Assembly: GCA_026770705.1 (NCBI GenBank)
Contig: JANJGN010000034.1
Location: 3,844,001-3,908,000, forward strand
Source of the DNA: Isurus oxyrinchus
Taxonomy: Eukaryota
Length of the DNA stretch: 64,000 nt
Reading direction: 5' to 3'
Shown: one piece after another, positions 53,178-64,000 of the stretch
Numbering within the stretch: position 1 is the first letter of the stretch
How the letters are laid out: every line of letters starts with the position of its first letter
Notes under the pieces: generated by a model
Told to the model about the DNA's origin: nothing
Database searches by the model: none
Seen by the model: only the letters and a program-made list of their open reading frames with translations
Program-made: the position numbers and the translations under genes

Positions 53178-55254
53178 CTGCAATGCAAAATGTAACAATT
53201 CGGAAGCATATTTTGGATCACGAGGGCATCTGAATTCAACTCTTGATGATGCAACTCCTTCATCTTTTCAAGTGTCTTCCCCATTATTACCTTGGAGACA
53301 TGAGAATATTCAACAGTCTCCTATCCCGACTTCCAAATTGAATTTCCCTGAACCTTGCCTTAATTCAAAGCTCTGCTGCGCATCAAGAGAAGCTGTCATG
53401 CAATGCGTCAATATTCTGCGGCCCGTCCGAGCTGCAGGTGCAGATATGGCTCTATTTCAAAAGCCGATTGATTTGTTTTAACATTTTTCACCCTGTGGTA
53501 ACAGGCTCCATCTTTATCGTATCTGGCACTAAATAAACAGGTATCCCCGTCATTTCAAAAATGGCATTTTGTAATTCAATTATAAATCAAATTTTAAACC
53601 CCCAGCAGCCCTGCATATATTTCAGCTCCAGGTTTTGAGGTCCTCACCACTCATCCTGGCAACACTTTGTAGTCATTACGGTACTTGAAACCTACCTCTA
53701 CAATAGAACTTTTGGCTTCCTTCCTTATATCATGTTTTTTTTTTCTTAATGTGGCTTAGCTTCACTTCTGTTTGCTGTTCTTGTTCACTAAAACCGAAGT
53801 TAAGCCATCCGCGGTGTGTTATGGCTTTCAATGGTCTATTATATGCAATTATATTTTGCAGTGTAATGCTATATTTTAATGTTGCATTGACCGTTATCTT
53901 AACAACTGCTTCTCCGAGTCTCCGCTTTCTGAATATGTTTTTTAGTGAATTTTCTGATACTTGCAGCTTGTTACTCATTCTCGCTGCTAACATTGATTCG
54001 ACTTTCACATAATTGAACAATGTCCCACTTAGTAAATGTATTACTACATGCATTAGTAAATTGAAGTAATTTCAATGCCATTGCACTCGAAGAGTTGTCA
54101 AAATTGCCCCATTTTACAGCTCACATCCATTTTGGGTGGAGAATGGACCAACTTCCCAGTTAGATTCATCCTACAAATATGCATTTTCTTTCTCTTTTTA
54201 TCAAATCTATTGTAGAGTGCAATTGAGAATTTTTGTAGGTTCAGAGCAGGCGGTATTTCCCAACATCCCAATATAAGCTGCATCAGAAAAAGAATGTCAA
54301 TGAGTGCGTTGAAACTGATTGTGTGGCGTTTCTTAAATTGGATTACTAAACATCTTTTGCCCCTTCATTGTGTATGAAAATTATGCATTTTAACCTAATT
54401 CTCCATAAGAGCCTTTCTCCCAGACTCTCCGTTACTTCCCAGGTGAAAATGGCGGAAAGAAGCTGATAAGAACTCTAGAAAGCACCAGTGGAGCATTCAG
54501 GATTTTTTTCATTGTAAGATTATGAACATATGGGAACATAAATTTTGACATTCTTTTTACGCAAATGGAGATGCTTGGTAGGGCGACAGTGTTTAAGATC
54601 TGAAGAGGCAGGCTCCGCTATTAATATTGAATGAGAAACTTTGGGTGGGGAATAAGTGGTCATAACAATAAAATGCCCCAAGTCCTACACAGGGGCGATT
54701 ATCAAAGATAATCTGCCGGAAAGAATACTAACTTTGATTCGGTAGATCGCCAAATATTTGTTCAATGAGGCAGAATTTAAAGGATATATTGCCCTCGAGG
54801 GGCGGCATTAATTAGGAAAACAATCTCCTATCTTATTTAACTCCTCAACTGAAACACACCAGCAAATGAGGGACAACTGACAATACTGGTTGCGCACGAG
54901 AAGAAAATTGAATGCCTGCATGCTATCTTGGAGATGTAGGGCCTCCACTTCCTAACAGAGACGTTGGAATACATTAGTACTGTACGTAAACACATACATT
55001 AATGCTAATAAGGCTCACTTGCATTTCACAGTTTCCCGAGTGTTGCAAAGTTTGTGATGTGGAATACCATTCAGTGAGAAAAACAGAAATATTCAGTTAA
55101 ACATAATAAACATCAACGATTTAAGATTGCACAATTTTGGTTGTGCAGTATCGGGTTTAAATTGATGAATTGTCCAGTGAACTTTTCAGACTGTTACCTA
55201 GATGCCATAGCATCCTAGGTCGAGTTTAATTTAAAAAAAAACACTGACACTTAC

Positions 55255-55281
55255 CATCCTCTTTTTGCAACAGTGCTATTG
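55255..55281 (-). CDS. 27-nt micro-exon B1, (A)IALLQKED
   Basis: ctgtttgtgttttgcag|CAATAGCACTGTTGCAAAAAGAGGATG|gtaagt. Consensus donor; paralogous to B2/B3. Confidence 0.88.
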
Positions 55282-56149
55282 CTGCAAAACACAAACAGTT
55301 AATAAAAATCAATAAAAATCAGCAGAACAAGGGAAAATATTTTCCTTCCATTATATGTGCATTTTTTTTGAAAAAACAACAATAATAAGGAACATTGAAA
55401 TAGGAATGTGATATTAATTGCTAAATGGATGTAGGTAAATTGACGCATGCATCACCTTTATCTCATAGCTGTAGCCCGAAGCAATATGTTAGAAAACATT
55501 TAAGAAAAGCAGCGCCGATTACATGCGGTGATTTTTCTAATATCTAAGAGCAATGATTTTCCGAAACCTTTGTTCTCGCCTCGGAACTGAGCCCAGGAAA
55601 TGGAACGGGAAAGAACGATTTATATTTCTGCATGGTCAGTAAAACTCTCAAAATCTACCTGGCATCATTACACCCACTAAAGTTCTTCTGAATTCCCGTT
55701 GCTTTCGTTATCAATTAGGCAGATTAGTTATTTTACATGCTGTAAGCTTTAACTGAAGGGCTATGCAGCAAGTGCTGCACTACCCAGAAGTCGTACTTTT
55801 ATGGAACAAAAACGTTGGATCAACTTTTTAACAAATTTCCTGCAGGGGACTTTGGCAAACTCCTTCTGAATGAATACATTTATAACACGTGTATATTTAT
55901 ATATATGTGTGTGTGTGTAAATTTTCGACCCCCCACACATCCCTCCACCGCTAATGAAAAAGGAAATTAATTAGTCTTTACCAAATCCATGTGTGCACTC
56001 CTTGATTAACATAAGCCTTCTCACATTAATTTTCAATATGTTTCTCCTAATGTTTTCCAATATCCTCGCCACAACAATTATTCTCCTCATTTTCCTGATG
56101 TGTCCTTTGTTACCAGACTAACCTTCATTTGATAAACATGATAGTTTAT

Positions 56150-56482
56150 TGTTTTCGTGGGATGTGGGCATTGCTGGGTTGTCAGCATTTACTTTCGATC
56201 CCTGTTCAAAGGACATTTGTTATGATTTAACTATGTTAGTCTGGATTGAGGCATATATTGGCCAGACCAGGTAAGGGAAGCAAATATCCAACAGTAAGGG
56301 CAGAAGGGAACCTGGTCGCTTTTTATTACAGTGGTTAACAACGTCCTGGTCATCATTCGGCTAATCTCCAGATTAGTGGATTCAAATTTCACCATGTGTT
56401 TCGTGAGTGTAAAATTGAGTCCCCAAAGGATTAGCCTGGCCCCCTGGATTCTTCGTCCTGTGACAATACAACTCTGCCACCA
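56150..56482 (-). mobile_element. tRNA-derived SINE sharing its 3' tail with the family-B LINE
   Basis: gggatgtgggcattgctgg tail, ggccagaccaggtaaggg and attcaaatttcaccat body, ctctgccacc head. An opposite-orientation copy lies at 62690-63070. Confidence 0.6.
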
Positions 56483-57379
56483 GCAACTTTCCAGTGTCAA
56501 GGCAGTGCACTTGTGAATCCAGTCAAAATTAGAATTTTGTGGTTAATATTTTTCTTTTCTGATTATCTTATCCATTGCCGGTCAACCGAGGATCATTTCC
56601 AACTGAATATGCAACTTGTGAAAACCTGCAGTAAATCTCCTTGTTCTATGGTCTGCCCTCTGGGCAACAATATGCGTTAAACTCTACAACAACTTAACGC
56701 CTCCAGTTCTGAAGCACTCACTCTTAACTCATGCCTTGCAATTTCGTGCCCTGACTAAGTGCTAACCCTGCGTCTAAATAAATGTCTTTTCAAGCGGCGG
56801 TCCCTGAACTTTTCAAAATTCCAAGTTAATTCTTCTTCAACAATTACCAAGGTGCAGTGCAGTCTTTCTAACCCTGTATTCACCTCCAAACGCGAAGTAC
56901 TATGGCTGCTTTCCAAGAGCTCAGTGTTGAATCTTACAATGAGGTTTTGAAGAGAAGCAAACTCCCATAAACAAAGTGACAAGTATGAATGCCTTGCATT
57001 TTAATCATTTCCTATTTGACCATTGAACACATTGCACTAATTTCCCCTGCTGGAATTCAACATTGGCTTCGACCACAATCAAAAATTTTACGGATATACA
57101 GCCGTCATTCCACTGACATTCTCCGAAGCATGACCAACGCTTTAGCAGTTGCAGATTGTGATCAGTATTGATAATTGAACATTTCATAACGCAAAGTGGG
57201 TTTTGATTAATTAACGTGCTGCAAGACAGAATAGATTCAACTTATTGCAAAACGAAACGGACCAGTAGAAGAAATAAATGCCTGAGTCCTGCAGGCCTGA
57301 AGCCACTAATTTTTGCAATTTCGTATTTTTTGCATTTTGTTTTTTTCTTTGCTCTTGATGTTTAGCCTATCTGAATATG

Positions 57380-60260
57380 TAAAGTGATGTTGTACTGAGT
57401 CTTAATTTGATTAAAACCCAGCTATGATTGTGCAATATTAATTTATCAATAATGATCAGTAGTGACCTGCTTTGCTTGTTTTTTTTTCAGAATGGCCATG
57501 CACATCTGGTATTGATGTGCTATTTTTGTATTCAAATTTTCAAGATGGAACATATAAAAATAATTTTTCTTATGTTTATTATTATTTTTTGCTTCATTTA
57601 GTGATCCTTGGACTACAGGCCGGATCGATGAAAAACCTGATAGTGGTCATCGGAAGGTGAAGCTTCATTGTTGGATGTAACATGTGAAGGATGACTTATG
57701 GGTAGACAAAATGAAAAGATACGTAAGCAAATTGGAAACTGTGTGATTTGTCTAGCTTCACAGTGCCTATAAAAAGAATTGATTAGAACTGACTTGTTTT
57801 GAGAAGCGATTCTACCAGACAACGCAAGAAGAGAATAGATCCAGAAATCTGGCTGGAAGGGACAGTTCTTCGATGTCTTGTTGCTGCAGCCAGTATTGGA
57901 GCAGTCGCCAATGAAGACGAGTGGAAGGGACATAAATGACTGACTGACCTGGTGCCCACCCGTATGCTGGTTAGTGATGTGGCAATGTGTGTACCAAAGA
58001 CATTGTGACATATATGCCACCTTAGGGTGCTGCGGTGGAACAGACTGAATTACACCTATCCATTGTCCAGAGCTGCCTTGGAACAGACCACTTTGGCGTC
58101 ATTATTTGTATCTTCTGTCTTCTATTAGATTGATAAATGTAACTTGTTTCTTTCTTTCAAATGATTTTATTTTTCTTTAATTTCGTGTATACTAATATAT
58201 TGTCATTATAAATGTTATTTGATTATTACTAATATTAATATTCAATAACATTGCTGTTTTAACACGATATTTGTCAAAGTCAAACATTCCTATTACGTTC
58301 AGTGTATGGCTCTGGAACTAAGCGAGACTCAGAAAGGGACTCGCAGGCCCCTCCTATAGAAAATTGGCGAGAGGGAGAGGAGCAGGATGTCGAACATGGA
58401 TCGCATTCTGTGTTCTGGTTCAGGTTGACAAGCTACATTTAAAATTACTAACATAGTTTTTGTTCTGGAGCGTGAGTGAGAAGGAATATCCTGAAGAGGC
58501 AAATATGTTGGGTTTTGGAGGTACATACAATGTATGCAATGGCAGTCAGGGGCAGGTGGATAGTGAGCATTTCTCAATTCGTTTGTTCATGTATGTAAAA
58601 ACCTGGAAATTAATTTCCTCCCCACCACCCCACCCCCATTCCTGTTTCTGAAACTTTCTTTTGATTATTTTTTTGCGATTCCGAAAGTTATGTTCTGCAA
58701 ATCGTTTCATTTATTTAATTTTGAATTGCAGTTTTATTTGAAGAAAGATGATTCAAGAGAACTGACGTAATCTATTTCACTTTTACATGGAACTGTACCC
58801 ACTTGTTGTTTTGACTACATTTTAAGTTGTAAAGATAAATTGTGTAGTCGGGAAATATTCCAATGTTATTGCTCTTATAATGCGTATGTGTGTGAAATTA
58901 ATGAGCTTCCTTCCCTTGACTTGAATGTTGCATAAGAGTTTCAGAACTTTCACTTTACAATGAGGATTGTGATATGGATGAAAATGGAGAAGTTAATTAA
59001 ATAGTTTAAATATTTTAATTTATAAGATTAAAGTTGTGATTTCTGGCCAAAAACAACAACTTGAATAAATGTTGAGCAAAATATAGGAATTTTTATCCGG
59101 ATGCAAATTCACACATGTGAGGAAGGGGTAGATTCAAAGTTTCTTTTAATGTCAATTGGAAGAATAAAGAAAAAAATGAGCTTGTTTAATCTTGGCTGAG
59201 GAAGGTCTTACGAACGTTATGAGTTTTTGAAATGATTGGAATTTGATGTATCCTTGTCAAAATTGAAGAGAATTTTTAGAGAAAGAAAGATTCATCAAGA
59301 ACAATGAAGAGGGAAGACTTGATAGGGATTTAGTCTTGACCTGTGAAAACGTAATATTTAACGTAATAGTTCAATGATAATATTGTTGGGAAAACGTTGC
59401 ATCATGACGTGTAACATGAGCTGGAGTCAGTGATGCTGAATTTGATGTGGGTGAAAGGGAATAGCTAATGACAGAACCAGAAATTTAACATGGGGACATC
59501 ACTAATGAATAGTTGGATTTACCTATTCTGGAGGTAGAAGTGGAAAGCTTAAAATGGGAAACAAAATATATTTCATCCAAAGGGAATACCAACCAGGAGT
59601 CTGAGCTAAAGGATTAAGAAATTATGGACCATTTCCAATATAGTGTGTCATACATAGGATTGATTCGGGATGGCGCATTTTGCAACATCAATATAGCTAT
59701 CCATACGCACTAACATGTGGGAGATTACGTTTTAGGAACTCGGCTGGAAGCATATAAAAAAATGTGAGAAGTGATTATGCACCCGTGTGAGATCAGGGAC
59801 TTCACCAAAGCAACAAGTGGGTATCAGCAATCACTTGTAAATTGTGCAATGGAAGATGTTAGATTTAATGTCAAACGGTCACAAACTGCATGTATAGGCA
59901 AGGGACAATACTTTTACTGCTATAGAAAACGCATACATTCATGGACACGACAATCCATGCCCTGCTCCCGAAACAGCCTAGAAACACCACTCAGGATTGG
60001 TGTTCGCGAGTTCAGGAATACTTAGTGTCAGAATATTACAGAAAACATTGCAAAAGTTAGGATGACAGTCCAATTATCGGATTTTGTGTAAAGGTTTGAT
60101 GCCTATGCCTCACAGCTGCCACAACAACTTTCAGAATCATTATGTGCATATTGATAAAAAAAATAAAGTTGTTGATATCAGAAGTACCAGATGAAGGGAA
60201 AACTTGTGGGATTGGGACATCAATATGAATATTCATCCAGGGATTAGCATTATATCAAAT
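57380..60260 (+). mobile_element. Highly decayed LTR retroelement (Gypsy- or ERV-type): LTR-like block, PBS-like site, integrase remnant
   Basis: TATAAAA at 57768; TGGCGAG...AGGAG at 58365-58382. Stop-ridden frames at 59690-60230 give H-x3-H-x-G..CEK*, W-x-M-x-D, W...PCxRN, VFAxxGI and DWD. Boundaries are uncertain. Confidence 0.45.
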
Positions 60261-61424
60261 GTTATATGCATTGCCCAATACTCAATCTAATTGACTGGAA
60301 GTGATCTGAATCTCAGATGTCTAGCCTGAAACGGACGTTAGTTGTTGGCTTTGCAACCGACTGCAAGTGCAAGTTCGTACCAAACGAAATAATATTAATA
60401 GGGATGAAAAATGCCAGATTCGATATACTTGTTTTACTGATTTCTTCAAATAAAGATGCATATCCCCCTTTCCGATGATAACAGCTTGCATGTCCGTATA
60501 TGAAGCTGGGAAGAACGTAACATAAAGTATTTACCACAAGAACACCAAATTACCAATAAAATACAAAAAAATAAATTTCGAGAACAATTCTGCTCATGGT
60601 AACTATAAGCCTGGAAATCTGAAGGAGTAAACACACCAATTTGTAAATGAATTTTAAACCAACAAGCACAGGAACAAACATAAAAAAATCGGAGAATGTT
60701 TGGGTTTCATAGTGTATTTATGAATTGCCCTTGCGTTCTACAGAACACCATTTAATTGGCGAAATATGCATTGAATGGAAAACTCAACAAATGGCTGGGT
60801 ATGCTCCACTAAAAGCAAAATCTATTGACAAAATTTAATAATGTTAATCAAAGTCATACAACTTCCATTGACTACAGTAGTCAGAATAAGTATAAATAAC
60901 ACACCCACAGACAATTTACTCAGCATAACGTATATTTAAATACATTTCATTCGAACATTAGAATATGGAAGTTGTACCTACGACCAGAGAAAATTGTCTC
61001 CGTAACTACCGGAAATACATGTAGGCAAGTCACATAATACAAATTGTGATTTCGAAATTTATTCCATCCAATCACATGAATGCAATCCTGAGGGAGAACC
61101 CATGGGGTAAATATATTCAGTGTGGATGGAATTCGAGATGCCAGGATATGCAGACCTTAATTCTCAAAGCAATCCAGCAGGACAATTGTGGTCACCGGGT
61201 ATTGACTAAATAAGAACACAAACTCTTGAAGGAATCTTAATGGCAATTTGTGTTTTTTTTTTCCCATGCCGCTTGGCATTTGAATGCTTTCTAATAAGTC
61301 ACTTATCTCGAGTGCTCATTCTATGAGTTTGAGTTTGGAAGTCAGCTTTCCCAGTCACGACACTGCTGCAAATTAATTGTGTTAAAAGTAAAACATGATG
61401 TGTTCTAAGAAACAAATTGTGCAC

Positions 61425-61451
61425 CTGAGTCTTTCAACAACTTGTCATGAG
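61425..61451 (-). CDS. 27-nt micro-exon A1, (A)HDKLLKDS
   Basis: tattccatttttcag|CTCATGACAAGTTGTTGAAAGACTCAG|gtgcac. DKLLxD is shared with A2/A3 despite Leu codon changes (CTT vs TTG). Confidence 0.8.
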
Positions 61452-62239
61452 CTGAAAAATGGAATATAGAGATGGTTCATATTTTTTAAAGGAGCAAAAC
61501 TTAAACCCAAACTCACGAGGCACTGCTTTGATCTAACATTACGAATTCTAAGGACATGCCACAGAACTCCAGAAAAAAAAAACATAACACTCAATATGAA
61601 GTTTCTGAGATTATGATTGGGAAGAAAAAGAGCTAACACAGTATTTAAACGGTATTTTTTTCTTGCCTTCTTTTGACTAAAGTATCACACAAATTAAAAT
61701 TCATTAAACTCTGTTTGAACGGAAATCAATAATAATCCATTATGGTAATTAACACATTTTCGATTTCGCAAGGAATGTGGAGTTCTCATGCAAATGACAT
61801 CACTTTAGGCAGAGCGCCCAGAGTTGAGATTCAGCGGGAGGGGCTGTTTGCAATCGAGGTTAATATTGTACTTATTGGGGGGACTCACAGATATGCTTTC
61901 TGCCATTATATTGACATCATGATTCAATGGAACTTTTTCAGCTCCAATTTTGTTCTCAAGCATTGCAGGACGTAGTCTAAGTTTTTGACAGTCAACAAGG
62001 TTTGATGCTCACCTCCGAGATGCGAATTTCCAGCTTCATATCTCCCTCCAGCGTTTGAGCAAAAAAAAAACGTAACATTCCAGGGGCGTAATGAATGAAT
62101 TTGGCACAGCCGGAAATGCACGCTTTCCTATGTAACGTTAAATTGTCATTCAATTTCATTTTTCAGTGGCACCTACATGCTCCATTTTACAAATTTGGAG
62201 AAAAGACTAGGGGAACTCCAGTGCCCTTCCTAATGATAA

Positions 62240-62445
62240 TTCTTCGAACAAAATCCCAAAGATGTTATCTCACCATTAGCGCATTGCAGTTTTTGGGAGA
62301 GTGCTTTTAGTAAAATCATTGCCATGCTTCTTATTGACAATTGCTACTAGGCTTCAAAAGCATTCGATTGTCTGCAAAACACTTTGAGACTGCAGGTTGT
62401 CAAGGAAACTACAGTATTAGTGCAATGAGTATTTCTTTTTTTTTA
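62240..62445 (+). mobile_element. Deu-domain SINE 3' part
   Basis: cattgcagtttttgggagagtgc...cttcaaaagcattcgattgtctgcaaaacactttgagac. Confidence 0.55.
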
Positions 62446-62689
62446 CTCCCGTTTGTCTTGCTTTTTCGCAGAGGGAGCAATACATGTTCTTGTAATAACG
62501 GCTGTCTGTCCTTCAGTGTAGCTATTTAAAGTGAATATTCTGCTTTCCTTGGAAGTATATTTTAATTATACTACAATTTTGCCTTCAATTTCTGTTGGTT
62601 TTGTTTAGTTAATAAATATAACATTTACAGATGTCCTTATTGCATTTTCGAACGAACATTTGACGAAACAGGAATCATGCACTGTAATA

Positions 62690-63070
62690 ATGCTTATGTC
62701 AGTTGTCCTGTAATACGTTGGTCTGGAAAAGTGACAGAGTAACAGCCCTGAGCTCATATCCCACCATGGTGGTTTTCGATGCAAATTCAATTAAGTAAAT
62801 GAAACGTTGTAACATGCAATATAGTAATGGTGACCATGACCAACCAGGCTCTGCGAAAAACTCAAGTGCTTCTGCAAAATACTTTATGGAAGGAAACTTG
62901 GGTATAACTTTTTGTAATTTCGTTGAATGCTAACTGGGCCGCAAAATAGTCCAGCCAATCTTTGATTCTATTCCAGGAAGCAGATAACTAACATCTCCAA
63001 CAGAGCAAATAAAGATGGATAACAATTAACAGCCTCCCAGCTACACACACTTCGTGGGCATGAGTAAAAA
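62690..63070 (+). mobile_element. Decayed tRNA-derived SINE
   Basis: tcccaccatggt...aattcaat...ggtgaccatga...ggaaggaaac; reverse-complement similarity to 56150-56482. Confidence 0.5.
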
Positions 63071-63189
63071 TATGATAAAATATACCCCATTACCCATGTG
63101 TTCAATGAAGTACTGGCTATGCCAATTATCATTGTGTAGTGGCATTATAGGATATTATGTTTCACGCTGAATGCTCTGCCATAAGCTTT

Positions 63190-63840
63190 ATGCAACATTT
63201 ACTTATTGCCAAGGCATTAAGAAGGCTAATTTAATTTTATCCATTAAAATGAGTGTAATTGAATACAAAAATAAGCATGATATGATTCCATTAAGCACGA
63301 CATTTCGAATTTTCTTTGCAATATTGGACTCATTATTTAAGGAACAATGTAAAGCTTTGGAAACAGTTCAGACGAAGTTTACAAGAGTGATACCTTGAAT
63401 GAGTGGATATCTTATATTGAGCGGAAGGGTAGACTGGGCTTGTTTCTACAGGAGTTCGGAAGAGTGAGTGGCAGCTTACTTAAACTGTGTCAGGTCTTGA
63501 ACTATGTGCAACACGTGGAGAGGCTAATTATATTTCCCAGTGTGAATGAGTCCCGAAGAAGGGGGCACTGCTTTAAATTTATGGATTGACCCCTTTAGAA
63601 CACAGATAAGGTCTTCACATTCTTCCGCCTATCAGCCTCAGTGGAGGCGAAATCATTGAGTGTTTTTGAAATGGATGGTTAATAGATTATTGTTAGGGAA
63701 GGGAATCAAAGGTAATCCGCAACAGATGGGAATGTGGAAGTCTAAACACAAATGGATCAATCATGATCTTATTGAAGGGCGGAGCAGGATCGATGACTCT
63801 AATTGTTTACTTCAGTTCCTCTTACGTATGTATATATGCT
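63190..63840 (+). mobile_element. CR1 3' fragment
   Basis: ALETVQTKFTRVIP, RLGLF, RGH; gatcaatcatgatcttattgaagggcggagcagg 3' UTR. Confidence 0.72.
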
Positions 63841-64000
63841 TATATGCCTACTGCTATATTCAGACAATCTGAAAACTGCATCTGCAGTATTTTGCGTTTA
63901 AGCGAGGAGAGGATGAAAAAAAAAAAGTGGAGATTACGTAGGTTTGAGATGTTTCATCACTGTTTGGGGGAAATAAAGGAATATAGTAATTATTTTGGGG

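Larger units (their letters stand above)
7564..61451 (-). other. Partial multi-exon gene built from symmetric phase-1 micro-exons, encoding a three-fold repeated coiled-coil/leucine-zipper module (identity unknown; start codon not found in window)
   Basis: 12 exons of 21-36 nt (339 nt total), all AG..GT bounded, all 3n long, all ending in G and all open in phase 1. Paralogous exons recur in the same order three times while flanking introns show no visible similarity. Confidence 0.85.

Noticed and set aside
53291-53317. 27-nt box with donor aag|gtaata
   Set aside because: Purine-rich GAG acceptor and an in-frame TGA.
1-64000. Ig/TCR segments, RSS heptamer-nonamer pairs, CRISPR arrays, intact tRNA/rRNA genes
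   Set aside because: The CACAGTG and ATTTGCAT motifs I checked are isolated, without correctly spaced nonamers or V/J exons. I saw no spaced direct-repeat arrays, and tRNA-like sequence occurs only as decayed SINE heads.

Overview
This is vertebrate genomic DNA. It is AT-rich and dominated by decayed CR1/L2-clade LINEs, Deu-domain and tRNA-derived SINEs, Penelope-like termini and one old LTR retroelement. The repeat families look like those of cartilaginous fish (shark); this is recognition from memory, not a database result. None of the supplied ORFs is a real gene. The main signal is invisible to ORF calling: a minus-strand gene running through almost the whole window and built from symmetric phase-1 micro-exons of 21-36 nt. 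Twelve exons between 7564 and 61451 have canonical AG/GT ends, lengths divisible by 3 and a terminal G. They fall into paralogous classes (E, A, B, C, plus a linker D) repeated three times in the same order. Spliced, they give a 113-aa open frame: (A)HDKLLKDS-AIALLQKED-EIKKLKEELKGK-DIEILKENA-ALDKLLQDT-AKALLMKDA-ELKKLTEKLK-EYVGPSP-AGPEKKDNA-VLDKLLQDA-AGAFLQKDD-EIRKLAQALKDK. Each repeat has the same leucine-zipper heptad register. I cannot name the gene: its 5' end appears to lie beyond the window and its 3' end is uncertain. Exon coordinates were counted base by base; repeat boundaries are approximate.
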